DNA from: Terriglobia bacterium | GTDB lineage: Bacteria; Acidobacteriota; Terriglobia; Acidiferrales; UBA7541 | Length of the DNA: 64,000 bases | Direction of reading: 5' to 3' | NCBI GenBank assembly: GCA_041497605.1 | Contig: JBGQGW010000001.1 | Coordinates: 3,110 to 67,109, forward strand | In this document: positions 27,167 through 36,016 of the stretch, in pieces | Numbering within the stretch: position 1 is the first letter of the stretch | Layout of the letters: every line of letters begins with the position of its first letter | Program-made: the position numbers and the translations under genes | Notes under the pieces: model-generated | Databases searched by the model: none | What the model was told of the DNA's origin: nothing | Seen by the model: the letters and a program-made list of their open reading frames with translations, nothing else

Positions 27167-28479
27167 TGAGCTCTTCTTCGCTTCTGGGAGCCTATTTCCG
27201 CCGCCTGAATGAATTCTCGATTCTGCGGTGGACCGGGAAAGTGATCCAGGTTGTGGGCGATGTAATCGAATCGGAAGGACCGTTCTGTTCCGTGGGTGAG
27301 GGTTGCGCGATTCTGACCGCTGACGGACACATGTATCCCGGAGAGATCGTAGGATTTCGCGAGTCCCGGGTGCTGTCCATTCCACTCGAGAGGCCGAAAG
27401 GAATCCGATTTGGAGACCGCATCGTAACGCGGGGAACGCGGCCGTCCTTGCGTGTGGGTCCGCAACTTCTGGGAAGAGTCATCGACGGTTCGGGAAAGGC
27501 GATCGATTCCGGCGGTGAATATCATGCCAGGCAATATTGGCCGCTGCAGAGTGATGCTCCTTTGCCGATGGAACGCCACAAGATCCACGAGCCGATCAGT
27601 TGCGGCATAAGGAGCATCGATGGTTTTCTGACCTGCGGACGCGGCCAGCGCGTGGGCATTTTCGGCGGAAGCGGAGTGGGAAAGAGCACGTTGATCGGGA
27701 TGATGGCGTCGGGAACCTCCGCTGACCTCACGGTGCTGGCTCTGGTGGGAGAGCGCGGGCGCGAGGTGCGGGAATTTCTGGAGGACTCGCTGGGCGAAGA
27801 AGGGAGAAAGAAATCAGTCGTGGTGGTCTCGACTTCGGACCAATCGCCGTTGTTGCGGATTCGCGCGGCGCTGGCGGCGACCTCGGTTGCCGAATACTTT
27901 TGCTGTCAGGGCAAGCATGTGCTGCTGGTTGTGGATTCGCTGACTCGATTCGCAATGGCCCAGCGCGAAATCGGCCTCGCCGCGGGCGAGCCGCCGACCG
28001 CCAAAGGTTACACGCCTTCCGTTTTCACATTACTGGCGCGTCTGATTGAGCGAGCGGGACATTTCGGCAAGGGCAGCATCACTGCTTTTTACACGGTGCT
28101 GATGGAAGGCGATGATCAGCAGGATCCACTGGTGGATGCCGTGCGCGCCTTGCTCGATGGGCACACGGTGCTGGACCGGCGCCTGGCGATGCAGAATCAT
28201 TTTCCACCGATTTCGATTCTCGATAGCCTCAGCCGATTGATGCCCGCCGTCACGAGCAGTGATCACATGGCGAAAGTGCAACGGCTCAGGCGGCTGTTGG
28301 CAGCGTATTCTTCCGCGGAAGATCTGATCCGTGTCGGGGCGTATCAGAAGGGAAGCGATCCGGTGCTTGATCAAGCGCTCGTCGTGCTGCCGGCGATCAA
28401 TGCTTTCTTGCAACAGAAGCGAGGGGAACGTTCGGGACTTGAACAGACTGTTGCAGCATTGATGGCGCTTCCGGGATAG
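27166..28479 (+). CDS. fliI: flagellum-specific ATP synthase FliI
   Basis: I re-called the start to the ATG at 27166, which overlaps the fliH stop: MSSSSLLGAYF... Walker A is GGSGVGKST. Other matches are LLVVDSLTRFAMAQREIGLAAGEPP and DQQDPLVDAVRALLDGH. Confidence 0.95.
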   Translation: MSSSSLLGAYFRRLNEFSILRWTGKVIQVVGDVIESEGPFCSVGEGCAILTADGHMYPGEIVGFRESRVLSIPLERPKGIRFGDRIVTRGTRPSLRVGPQLLGRVIDGSGKAIDSGGEYHARQYWPLQSDAPLPMERHKIHEPISCGIRSIDGFLTCGRGQRVGIFGGSGVGKSTLIGMMASGTSADLTVLALVGERGREVREFLEDSLGEEGRKKSVVVVSTSDQSPLLRIRAALAATSVAEYFCCQGKHVLLVVDSLTRFAMAQREIGLAAGEPPTAKGYTPSVFTLLARLIERAGHFGKGSITAFYTVLMEGDDQQDPLVDAVRALLDGHTVLDRRLAMQNHFPPISILDSLSRLMPAVTSSDHMAKVQRLRRLLAAYSSAEDLIRVGAYQKGSDPVLDQALVVLPAINAFLQQKRGERSGLEQTVAALMALPG

Positions 28480-28487
28480 AGGAAACA

Positions 28488-28934
28488 ATGGCATTTCATT
28501 ATTCACTCGATGCGCTTCTTCGTGTCCGGCAAATTCGCGAACGCCGCGAGGAGGAAATGCTGGGAACGATCATTTCGAAAATCAATACCGTGCAGGTGCA
28601 AATCGAAAACGCCAAGGAAGTTTTGCTGGATACCCGGAGACTCCTGCTGCAGAACATGACGGGCGGAGTGGCGGGCAGCGAGTTGCAATTTGCGGCCAAT
28701 TGCGATGCCGGGCGTGCGTTCTATCTTGAGATGCTTGAGAATCACCTGCAGCAACTCGAAAAACAGCGCCTAGAGCAAGGCAAGATTTATCGAGAGGCGC
28801 GACAAGGACGCGAAATCCTCGAAAACTACCGGGAGCGCCAGCTCCAGATTTACAATCAGGAGCAATCCCGCCGCGAACAACGACGAGTCGATGACTTGTT
28901 TCTAATTCGCCTTGGGCATTCGAACGAGAAATAG
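28488..28934 (+). CDS. fliJ: flagellar export chaperone-like protein FliJ
   Basis: 148 aa, all-helical: MAFHYSLDALLRVRQIRERREEEML... It sits immediately after fliI. Confidence 0.8.
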   Translation: MAFHYSLDALLRVRQIRERREEEMLGTIISKINTVQVQIENAKEVLLDTRRLLLQNMTGGVAGSELQFAANCDAGRAFYLEMLENHLQQLEKQRLEQGKIYREARQGREILENYRERQLQIYNQEQSRREQRRVDDLFLIRLGHSNEK

Positions 28935-29399
28935 CGTTTCGTTTTGAAGTATGCCGCCGATTCCCCACAGCTTTGCTCTCTTTTCCGCGTTCTTCGGACT
29001 TTTGGCCTCCTTTCCGTGGAAAATTAAATTTTAGACGACGGCCAAGGATTCTCCGCGATAAGGGAAATGCCGCGATTTCATCGCAAAATAGGCCGCTTCT
29101 GTTGGTGGGAAATTCGGTCAAAAGAATCGCTACAGTGACGAGGTATCAGGACCGATCTAGGTCAGGAGGGAAGGCAGGTCGTTCGTCAATGTTTTGTGAC
29201 CAGTCTGTTGGTTGTTGCCTAGGTTCTTGGGCAATCTTTTCCTTGAACACAGAAATCTGCCTAGCAGGTCATAGTCCCCCCTCTTTTCCACTCCGAACAA
29301 TCGTCGCGTTTTCAATTGGTTGGAGAGAGAAAGGGGAATGACCCGACTTGCGGCTCTTTGGCGCCCCAGATGCAATATGGAGAACCGGAGAGAAACGCG

Positions 29400-31637
29400 A
29401 TGGAAGCAATCACCAACTCGAATCCTGAACTCGCCGCAGTCGTCGCTTCTCCTGCAAACGTGCAGGCGCCGGCGGCACAGGGTTCCAGCTCGCAATCGAT
29501 CTTCACTGATTGCCTGGAGCGCGCGCTGCAGGACCAGGGCACGGCGGCTCAGCAAGACGGTTCGAGTACAGTTACCTCTTCGGCAAATTCCCAGAGTTCT
29601 TCAGCGACCGACTGCAGTCCAGCGCCCCGAATTCCGCAGATCGCCTCACAGAATGCTTCTCAGAATTCAACTCCTGGTTGCGGTTCAACCTTGACTGTCA
29701 GAACTGGCGCAGGCGCGGCTTCGCGCAATCCCAAGCAAGGGCCGTCACAGAAACAGTCCGCCGAAGCACCGGCGGCCGCGGGTGTAGCTCCTATGAGTGC
29801 GTCCGCGGTTCCCGTGCAGGATCCGATCATGGTAATCGCAGCGAATGTTGCCTCAACGGCACCGTTTCTTTCGGCGCTTCCCGTACCAGTTACTGTAGCG
29901 CCAGAGCCGGCCACCGAGCCCGTAATTGCCAAAGCGTGTGTAGCCGCTCAATCGGGTGGCTTGTCTTCGGTGCTCACGACAAGTGATTTGGTTGCACCAT
30001 CAAACATCTCCCCCAGTATTTGCGGAACACCCATCAGCAGCAAGCCCGCTGCGCTGAATCAAGGAAGTGCAAATTCACAGCCGGGCACGCCGGTGGTTGC
30101 GGGGTCGATGGTCGCGCAGGTTATGCCTTCTGCCGCGATGCCTACATTTCCCGCGGCAGCTCTGAACTCGAGCCCATCGAACCAAGCTCCAATGCCTGGG
30201 CAGGCCACGTCGGAACGGTCGGCAAAGAGCGACACCGGGACATCACCGAAACTAAATCCATCCGTGAGTTCACCGGCGGCGCCGCCCGCTGCGCTGAATC
30301 AAGGAAGTGCAAATTTGCAGCCGGGCACGCCTGTGGTTGTGGGGTCGATGATCGCGCAGCTTATGCCTTCTTCCGCGATGCCGATGGTTCCCGCGGCTGC
30401 TCTGAACATGAGCCTATCGAACCAAGCTCCAATGCCTGGGCAGGCCACGTCGGAACGGTCGGCAAAGAGCGACACCGGGACATCACCGAAACTAAATCCA
30501 TCCGTGAGTTCACCGGTGGCGCCGCCTGAGAAGATAAGTGGAACAAACGATGTGACGGGTGGTCATACAATGGGAACGATAGTTCCGGATTCTTCCGATT
30601 CCAAGGTCGCCCTGAAGCACCTGGACAAATCGGTGGGCGATCCACAGACGATTGAAAGTTCAACGCAGACTGTGCCATCGGCAGGTGTGGATCAGGCAGG
30701 AGAGCCGCAGACGCCGAGGGCATTCATCCATGCCATAGAAAAGCAGGTTGAATCGAATGCGCCACAGAGTTCCATCGCGATTGGACACGATCCATCTTTG
30801 CAACCGACGTCCCATGCGGCAAAGACTGGTGGCGACTCTGCGCCTTCCGTGAGTCGCGAGTACTTGCATGTGCAAGGGCTCGAGCCAGCGAGCGCCCAGA
30901 AGAGCAGCGCGAACTCTGATTTCAATGGCAGCTCATCGAATACTTCCACCGGCCAGTCATCAGCGGTAGTGCCGCCAACCGTGGCCCACGGAATCGCGCC
31001 GGCCACGGAAACAAATTTTTCATCCCATATTGACAGTGCGCTCAACAGCGCAGCAACGAAGCAGGAAGTGGTCGCGACGGCATCGAATTCGTCCGGCACT
31101 CCGGCTACGAGTGGCAGCCCGGCAGCAGCAACTGGATCAGCAGTCACAGACCGGCGAGATTCGGAAGTGGCCTCGACCAGCCCCGCCTGGGACATGGTTT
31201 CGGCGCACGCTGAACGGCTGGTGCAAACCGCGCAGCTATCGCAGAACGCGGGACAGGCCGAGATGCGGATTCATCTCAGCACCGAAGCGATGGGTTCGGT
31301 GGAGCTACGGACCACGGTTCAGCAGGATCACATCGCAGCGGCGATTACTGTACAGAGAAGCGAGACGCAGGCCGCCTTGCTCGGTGAGTTGCCATCGCTC
31401 CAGCAAGCCCTGCAAAATCGACAACTTCAAATTGATCGGCTCGATATTAATTACGGCGGACAGAATTCAGGAATGTCCGGACAAAACGAATCCAATTCGC
31501 AGAACGGCGGTTTCGAAAGTCCGCAGAATTCTTCCCGCAATTGGGCCCATGCGGACTCGGAGCCAGTGAGATCGGAATTCAGGGCCGAACTCGAAAGCGG
31601 CCTGGATGGCAGCAGAACTCTGAGCGTGCGCGCCTAG
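29400..31637 (+). CDS. fliK: flagellar hook-length control protein FliK
   Basis: The tracked ORF is 29316..31637; I prefer the ATG at 29400 ([10 protein letters not shown]), but the start is uncertain. A long S/A/P/T/Q-rich ruler region is followed by a conserved C-terminal domain, [55 protein letters not shown]. Confidence 0.85.
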   Translation: MEAITNSNPELAAVVASPANVQAPAAQGSSSQSIFTDCLERALQDQGTAAQQDGSSTVTSSANSQSSSATDCSPAPRIPQIASQNASQNSTPGCGSTLTVRTGAGAASRNPKQGPSQKQSAEAPAAAGVAPMSASAVPVQDPIMVIAANVASTAPFLSALPVPVTVAPEPATEPVIAKACVAAQSGGLSSVLTTSDLVAPSNISPSICGTPISSKPAALNQGSANSQPGTPVVAGSMVAQVMPSAAMPTFPAAALNSSPSNQAPMPGQATSERSAKSDTGTSPKLNPSVSSPAAPPAALNQGSANLQPGTPVVVGSMIAQLMPSSAMPMVPAAALNMSLSNQAPMPGQATSERSAKSDTGTSPKLNPSVSSPVAPPEKISGTNDVTGGHTMGTIVPDSSDSKVALKHLDKSVGDPQTIESSTQTVPSAGVDQAGEPQTPRAFIHAIEKQVESNAPQSSIAIGHDPSLQPTSHAAKTGGDSAPSVSREYLHVQGLEPASAQKSSANSDFNGSSSNTSTGQSSAVVPPTVAHGIAPATETNFSSHIDSALNSAATKQEVVATASNSSGTPATSGSPAAATGSAVTDRRDSEVASTSPAWDMVSAHAERLVQTAQLSQNAGQAEMRIHLSTEAMGSVELRTTVQQDHIAAAITVQRSETQAALLGELPSLQQALQNRQLQIDRLDINYGGQNSGMSGQNESNSQNGGFESPQNSSRNWAHADSEPVRSEFRAELESGLDGSRTLSVRA
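30045..30524 (+). repeat. direct tandem duplication, 2 x 240 bp (2 x 80 aa), in frame inside fliK
   Basis: Copy 1 (30045..30284) and copy 2 (30285..30524) both start CCCGCTGCGCTGAATCAAGGAAGTGCAAAT. By eye there are roughly 15-20 mismatches, nearly all in the first half. The stretch TCGAACCAAGCTCC...GAGTTCACCGG is identical in both copies. At protein level: [10 protein letters not shown](S/L)QPGTPVV...[25 protein letters not shown]. Confidence 0.95.
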
Positions 31638-31663
31638 CGGCACGCAACAGTAAAGGAGCGAAC

Positions 31664-31993
31664 ATGCAGATCAGTTCACTTTTAGATCTTATTCAACCGT
31701 CGCAGGCTAATGCGGCCAGCACAACGGGATCCCCGCCGGCAACACCGGCTACGGGTGGAATCGACATCAATACTTTCTTAAAGCTGCTGACAACTCAGTT
31801 ACAAGCACAGAATCCATTGAATCCAGTGAATCCGACGGATTTTGTCACGCAGCTTGCGCAATTCAGCAGCCTGGAGCAACTGATCGGTATTAGACAAGAC
31901 ATGGACAGCGCACTCACCAACCCAAGCGGCACAACCTCGAATACAACGCCGAGCTCAGCGCCATTGAACGCAGCGCCGGCCATTTCACACTAG
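31664..31993 (+). CDS. flgD: flagellar hook capping/scaffold protein FlgD, N-terminal domain only (short form)
   Basis: The ATG at 31664 follows AAAGGAG: [14 protein letters not shown]...[47 protein letters not shown]... The protein is 109 aa and ends in an S/T/P tail, with no Ig/Tudor-like C-terminal domain. Confidence 0.8.
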   Translation: MQISSLLDLIQPSQANAASTTGSPPATPATGGIDINTFLKLLTTQLQAQNPLNPVNPTDFVTQLAQFSSLEQLIGIRQDMDSALTNPSGTTSNTTPSSAPLNAAPAISH

Positions 31994-32003
31994 GAGAATC
32001 ACG

Positions 32004-33551
32004 ATGCCATCATTTTCTACTTCACTATCGGGACTGGATGCTGAATCGCAGGCGCTCTCTGTAATCGCCAATAACTTGGCAAACTTGAATACCACTGCCT
32101 ACAAAGCTGCAACGCCCAATTTCCAGGATTTGTTCTACCAGCAGGTCGGGACGAGCGGCAGCGGTGATCCGGTGCAGATTGGCGTGGGCGCCACTCTCTC
32201 CACAGTGGCCTCCAATTTCACGCAAGGCAGCATTGAATCGACCGGAGTGCCGACCAACGTAGCGATTCAAGGAGACGGTTTCCTGATCGAGAACAAGGGT
32301 GGCCTGCAACTCTTTACCCGCGCCGGGAATCTCTCCGTGGGAGCCGATGGCGAGCTCAACGCAGCCGACGGCGGTGTCGTGCAGGGCTATGTGGCCCAGA
32401 ACGGCGTGATTTCCGCGAGTCAAACACTGGGTCCACTTTCGATTCCGAATGGCCTGACGAATCCGCCGAGCGCAACCGGCGGTGTCGCACTTACGCTCAA
32501 TCTCAATTCCGTAGCGGCTACGCCGGTGAGCGCGGCTAGCCAGCAGACCGGCTCGGGAATCGCGGCAGCCACTGTGCTCGCAACGGGCACCAAACTCATT
32601 CTAAGTGACGGCACAAACAACTTCAGCTACACCGCCGTTCTCGGGGACACGCTCGGGAACATCGTCACGGCGATGAGCGGGAATGCTAATTTCTCCTCTA
32701 GCCTCACAGGAAACTCGCTGAGCATCACGGCAACGAATGGCCGTCCGATCGTAATCTCGACGAACACTCTTACCGACGCAGCAGTTGGGAACCAGACCGA
32801 AGTGTTCGCTGGTACCGCCGCGCCTGTGACTGGCGGAGCATTCAGCACTCCGGTGCCGATCTTCGACGCGCTGGGCGCTTCGCACGTGCTGACATTCAGC
32901 TTTACGAAGACGGCACCCAATACCTGGGATTACTCGGTCACGATTCCTGCGGCCGACCTCGGACAAACCGGCAACCCAGTCGTAGTGAAAAGCGGGACGC
33001 TCAGCTTCGACGGCGCGGGCCAGTTGACCTCGCCAGTGGGAAATGTTACGGGCATTCCGATTGCCGGATTCACCGATGGAGCGAAAAACCAGACTTTTGA
33101 CTGGAATCTCTACGACGCCAACAACTCGCCGCTGCTCACTCAGGTCGCTGGACCTTCAGCTACTTCTTCGACGCGCCAGGACGGATTCGCCAGCGGGACA
33201 CTGGTGAATTACAACATTCAGAACGATGGCGTGATCCAGGGTGTCTTCAGCAACGGCCAGACCCTGGCCTTAGGGCAAATTGCCCTGGCTTCCTTCGCGA
33301 ACGTCCAAGGTCTGCAGCGAAACGGCCAAAACGCCTATCTTGCCAGCCTGGCTTCGGGTTCGCCCAACGTTGGCACTCCGTCAACCGGTGGCCGAGGCAG
33401 CTTGGCTGGAGGCGCTCTGGAGCAATCCAACGTGGACATTGCCAAGGAATTCGCTCAACTGATCCTCGCCGAGCGAGGATACCAAGCGAACTCCAAGGCT
33501 GTGACCACCTTCGATGAAGTCACTCAGGAAGCTATCAACCTAAAACGTTAA
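32004..33551 (+). CDS. flgE: flagellar hook protein FlgE
   Basis: 515 aa. N-terminus: MPSFSTSLSGLDAESQALSVIANNLANLNTTAYK. C-terminus: GALEQSNVDIAKEFAQLILAERGYQANSKAVTTFDEV. Confidence 0.95.
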   Translation: MPSFSTSLSGLDAESQALSVIANNLANLNTTAYKAATPNFQDLFYQQVGTSGSGDPVQIGVGATLSTVASNFTQGSIESTGVPTNVAIQGDGFLIENKGGLQLFTRAGNLSVGADGELNAADGGVVQGYVAQNGVISASQTLGPLSIPNGLTNPPSATGGVALTLNLNSVAATPVSAASQQTGSGIAAATVLATGTKLILSDGTNNFSYTAVLGDTLGNIVTAMSGNANFSSSLTGNSLSITATNGRPIVISTNTLTDAAVGNQTEVFAGTAAPVTGGAFSTPVPIFDALGASHVLTFSFTKTAPNTWDYSVTIPAADLGQTGNPVVVKSGTLSFDGAGQLTSPVGNVTGIPIAGFTDGAKNQTFDWNLYDANNSPLLTQVAGPSATSSTRQDGFASGTLVNYNIQNDGVIQGVFSNGQTLALGQIALASFANVQGLQRNGQNAYLASLASGSPNVGTPSTGGRGSLAGGALEQSNVDIAKEFAQLILAERGYQANSKAVTTFDEVTQEAINLKR

Positions 33552-33575
33552 GAACTCTTCTTAAACTCACAATAG

Positions 33576-33609
33576 CCCCGCTCCTTGCGTTCGCCCGTGA
33601 GGAGCGGGG
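33576..33609 (+). terminator. stem-loop / candidate terminator after flgE
   Basis: CCCCGCTCCT-tgcgttcgcccgtg-AGGAGCGGGG, a perfect 10-bp stem, followed by TCCCACCATTTCC. Confidence 0.6.
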
Positions 33610-33782
33610 TCCCACCATTTCCTAGAAAATTCTAATGAGAGCGGCCCTATCTATTTACGCATTCGCCGCGAACGGAGCGGCGGCTTTGGCGTGCCCCTGA
33701 GGGCGCCACCCTAATTCAATTTGTTTCAATCGATTGGAATACTCCTCTGATTTGCCGAATGAAATATTCGTGTGTTGCTCTT

Positions 33783-33798
33783 CGGCTCCCAAATTGCA
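33783..33798 (+). promoter_or_regulatory. sigma-54-like -24/-12 element upstream of fliL
   Basis: CGGCTCCCAAATTGCA has GG-N10-GC spacing with a TTGCA -12 box. It lies only about 17 nt before the fliL ATG at 33815, which has no Shine-Dalgarno sequence. Confidence 0.3.
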
Positions 33799-33814
33799 CA
33801 ACTTCTGATCGGCC

Positions 33815-34330
33815 ATGACCGACGAACAGACAGTTCCATCCAAGCCGGCAGTTGCGGCAAAAACAAATCAAAACACTGGGTCGAAAAAGATCGCTCTCGG
33901 AGTCGCGGTAGCCTTAATCCTCGCGATTGGGGGCGGCTGGCTTTACGTTCATGGCCAACCTGGAACATCGGGAACGACGGAGTCCGAAGCCAAGGTGTTC
34001 CCGGTGGTCCATCTGGAGCCATTCGTCACCAATCTCGCCGGCGTAGCAAGCGAAAACTGTTATCTGAGATTGACAGTCGATCTCAGTCTCGAAAAGGAAC
34101 AAGGGGATGGCGAAAAGAAAGAGACCGGGAAAGCCAATCCAAACAAGATTCCGGTAGCTCTGTTGCGCGACACAATTCTGCAGGTCATTGCCACTCGAAC
34201 CGGAGAAGAACTCTTGACGGCAGACGGTAAGAACAAACTGAAGGCGGATCTGCTGAAAGCCCTTCAGGAACGAGCCCCACAGGCGGGTATTCGCGAAATT
34301 TATTTTACAGATTTTCTGGTGCAGAGGTAG
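33815..34330 (+). CDS. fliL: flagellar basal body-associated protein FliL
   Basis: 171 aa with a single TM (IALGVAVALILAIGGGWLYV). Then HLEPFVTNL....CYLRLTVDLSL...LRDTILQVI...IREIYFTDFLVQ. Confidence 0.85.
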   Translation: MTDEQTVPSKPAVAAKTNQNTGSKKIALGVAVALILAIGGGWLYVHGQPGTSGTTESEAKVFPVVHLEPFVTNLAGVASENCYLRLTVDLSLEKEQGDGEKKETGKANPNKIPVALLRDTILQVIATRTGEELLTADGKNKLKADLLKALQERAPQAGIREIYFTDFLVQR

Positions 34331-34333
34331 GCG

Positions 34334-34612
34334 ATGGCTGAAGCGGCGCTCGCGGGACCGCAACTTGTTCCCGATCCCGTGTCTGAGCGGTGGGCAGACG
34401 CAGAGCTGCTGCCGTGCCATTTCGATGTCGAAATTGCCGTACCCCAATTCACAGTTCGCGACTTGTTCCATATAGAAGTTGGTTCGCTGGTCGAAACGCG
34501 ATGGGCGCAGAGCGCCGACATTCCACTTCAAGTGAATGGACAATTGATCGGCTGGGGCGAATTTGAGGTTTCGGGAGATCACCTGGCAGTCCGCTTGACT
34601 GAGCTTTATTAA
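34334..34612 (+). CDS. fliN: flagellar motor switch protein FliN (short, SpoA domain only)
   Basis: 92 aa: LPCHFDVEIAVPQFTVRDLFHIEVGSLVETRWAQSADIPLQVNGQLIGWGEFEVSGDHLAVRLTEL. Confidence 0.8.
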   Translation: MAEAALAGPQLVPDPVSERWADAELLPCHFDVEIAVPQFTVRDLFHIEVGSLVETRWAQSADIPLQVNGQLIGWGEFEVSGDHLAVRLTELY

Positions 34613-34625
34613 AGAAAAGGAAATC

Positions 34626-34940
34626 ATGAGCAATATCGAAAACTCGCGATCGCAGTTGCCCGGCGGCCTGGTGCGATTCCTGCAAGCGCTGGTGCGCGAA
34701 GCGGCCGCATTGTTCCAGAAGTCACCTTTGTCGAGGATCGTGATCCGCAAGCGAGAGCGGCGGCTGCGGCTGTGCGAAACGGTGTCTCTGGGTGAAAAGC
34801 GAATCGTGGCCGTGGTGCAATGCGGCCACCAACAATTCCTTGTCGGCTGCGCCGGGAGTTCGATTGAGCTTCTGGCGACGCTGCAACCGGCGCGTCCTCC
34901 GGCGCTGCGTATCGCCCCGCTTGAATTCAAGACTCGTTAA
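34626..34940 (+). CDS. fliO: FliO-like protein (position and C-terminal motif fit FliO; no clear TM helix)
   Basis: 104 aa located between fliN and fliP. RLRLCETVSLGEKRIVAVVQCGHQQFLVGCAGSSIELLATL resembles the conserved FliO core. The N-terminal segment GGLVRFLQALVREAAALF is only weakly hydrophobic. Confidence 0.5.
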   Translation: MSNIENSRSQLPGGLVRFLQALVREAAALFQKSPLSRIVIRKRERRLRLCETVSLGEKRIVAVVQCGHQQFLVGCAGSSIELLATLQPARPPALRIAPLEFKTR

Positions 34941-34945
34941 TCAAA

Positions 34946-35722
34946 ATGGCTAAGGGAACGATGCGGAAAACAAATCTGATCCGAGGCGCCGTACTGCTCC
35001 TCGGCGTGGTATTGATCAGCGCCCTGAGTTCGCCGGTATTGGCTGCCCGGGGCCGGCAGACTCAAGCGATCTCCATCCCCGGGCTCAGCCCGCAAGCGGG
35101 ATCACTTTCCTGGACCATCGTCCTGTTGTTTTCCGTTTTGACGCTGCTGCCGGCGATTCTGCTGGCCATGACGCCGTTCGTGCGCATTCTGGTGGTTTTT
35201 CACTTTCTGCGACAGGCGTTGGGCACGCAGACCGCACCGACAAATCAGACGCTCATTGGCCTGGCACTTCTGCTCACGTATTTCGTTATGGCTCCCGTGT
35301 GTGCCTCTGTGAATCAGGCCGCGATCGTCCCTCTGGAAAACGGTTCGATCACGCCGTGGGAAGCGATCGAGCGTGGATCAGTACCGCTGAAAGCATTCAT
35401 GCTGCACTTCGCGCGTGAAAAAGATCTGGCGCTTTTCGTCGAACTTTCGAAAGAGGCCCGGCCCCAGAAGGCTGAAGACCTCTCCATGCGCGTTGTTGCA
35501 CCCGCTTACTTGATATCCGAATTGAAGACAGGCTTCCAGATTGGAGCGGTTTTATTCCTGCCCTTCCTGGTGATCGACATGGTGGTGGCTTCGGTCACGA
35601 CATCGGTGGGCATGTTCCAGTTGCCGCCCGTCGTGATTTCGACACCTTTGAAGATTTTGCTCTTTGTGGTGATAGACGGCTGGAACCTGGTAGTCGGGTC
35701 ATTGATGCACAGTTTTAACTGA
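34946..35722 (+). CDS. fliP: flagellar biosynthesis protein FliP
   Basis: 258 aa: signal peptide, TLLPAILLAMTPFVRILVVFHFLRQALGTQTAPTNQTLIGLALLLTYFVMAPV, and FLPFLVIDMVVASVTTSVGMFQLPPVVISTPLKILLFV. Confidence 0.95.
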   Translation: MAKGTMRKTNLIRGAVLLLGVVLISALSSPVLAARGRQTQAISIPGLSPQAGSLSWTIVLLFSVLTLLPAILLAMTPFVRILVVFHFLRQALGTQTAPTNQTLIGLALLLTYFVMAPVCASVNQAAIVPLENGSITPWEAIERGSVPLKAFMLHFAREKDLALFVELSKEARPQKAEDLSMRVVAPAYLISELKTGFQIGAVLFLPFLVIDMVVASVTTSVGMFQLPPVVISTPLKILLFVVIDGWNLVVGSLMHSFN

Positions 35723-35731
35723 GGTGCGCTA

Positions 35732-36001
35732 GTGGAAATGTCGCAAGTCGTGGGGTTATCCCGTCAATGCCTGGAGGCAGCGTTTTGGGTGGTCTCGCCG
35801 CTGTTGCTCGCTGCTGTGTTCATCAGCTTGGCAATCAGCATCGTGCAGGTGATGACTTCGATCCAAGACACGACAGTTTCGACCGTGCCACGGCTTGCGG
35901 CGGTTGGGGCTGTGGCCTTTTTGCTGATGCCATGGATGTTGCACCGGCTGGTGGTTTTCACGCTGCACTTATTCGGTGATTTTCGAGCCTACACGCGATG
36001 A
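35732..36001 (+). CDS. fliQ: flagellar biosynthesis protein FliQ
   Basis: 89 aa with two TM segments: ...AISIVQVMTSIQDTTVSTVPRLAAVGAVAFLLMPWM. Confidence 0.9.
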   Translation: MEMSQVVGLSRQCLEAAFWVVSPLLLAAVFISLAISIVQVMTSIQDTTVSTVPRLAAVGAVAFLLMPWMLHRLVVFTLHLFGDFRAYTR

Positions 36002-36016
36002 GGGGCGGAGTATCCG

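Noticed and set aside
29031-29061. Sigma-28-like element TAGA...CGCGATAA in the fliJ-fliK spacer.
   Set aside because: The spacer between the putative -35 and -10 boxes is about 18 nt (25 nt from the alternative TAAA) rather than 15, and the -10 box deviates at the first positions.
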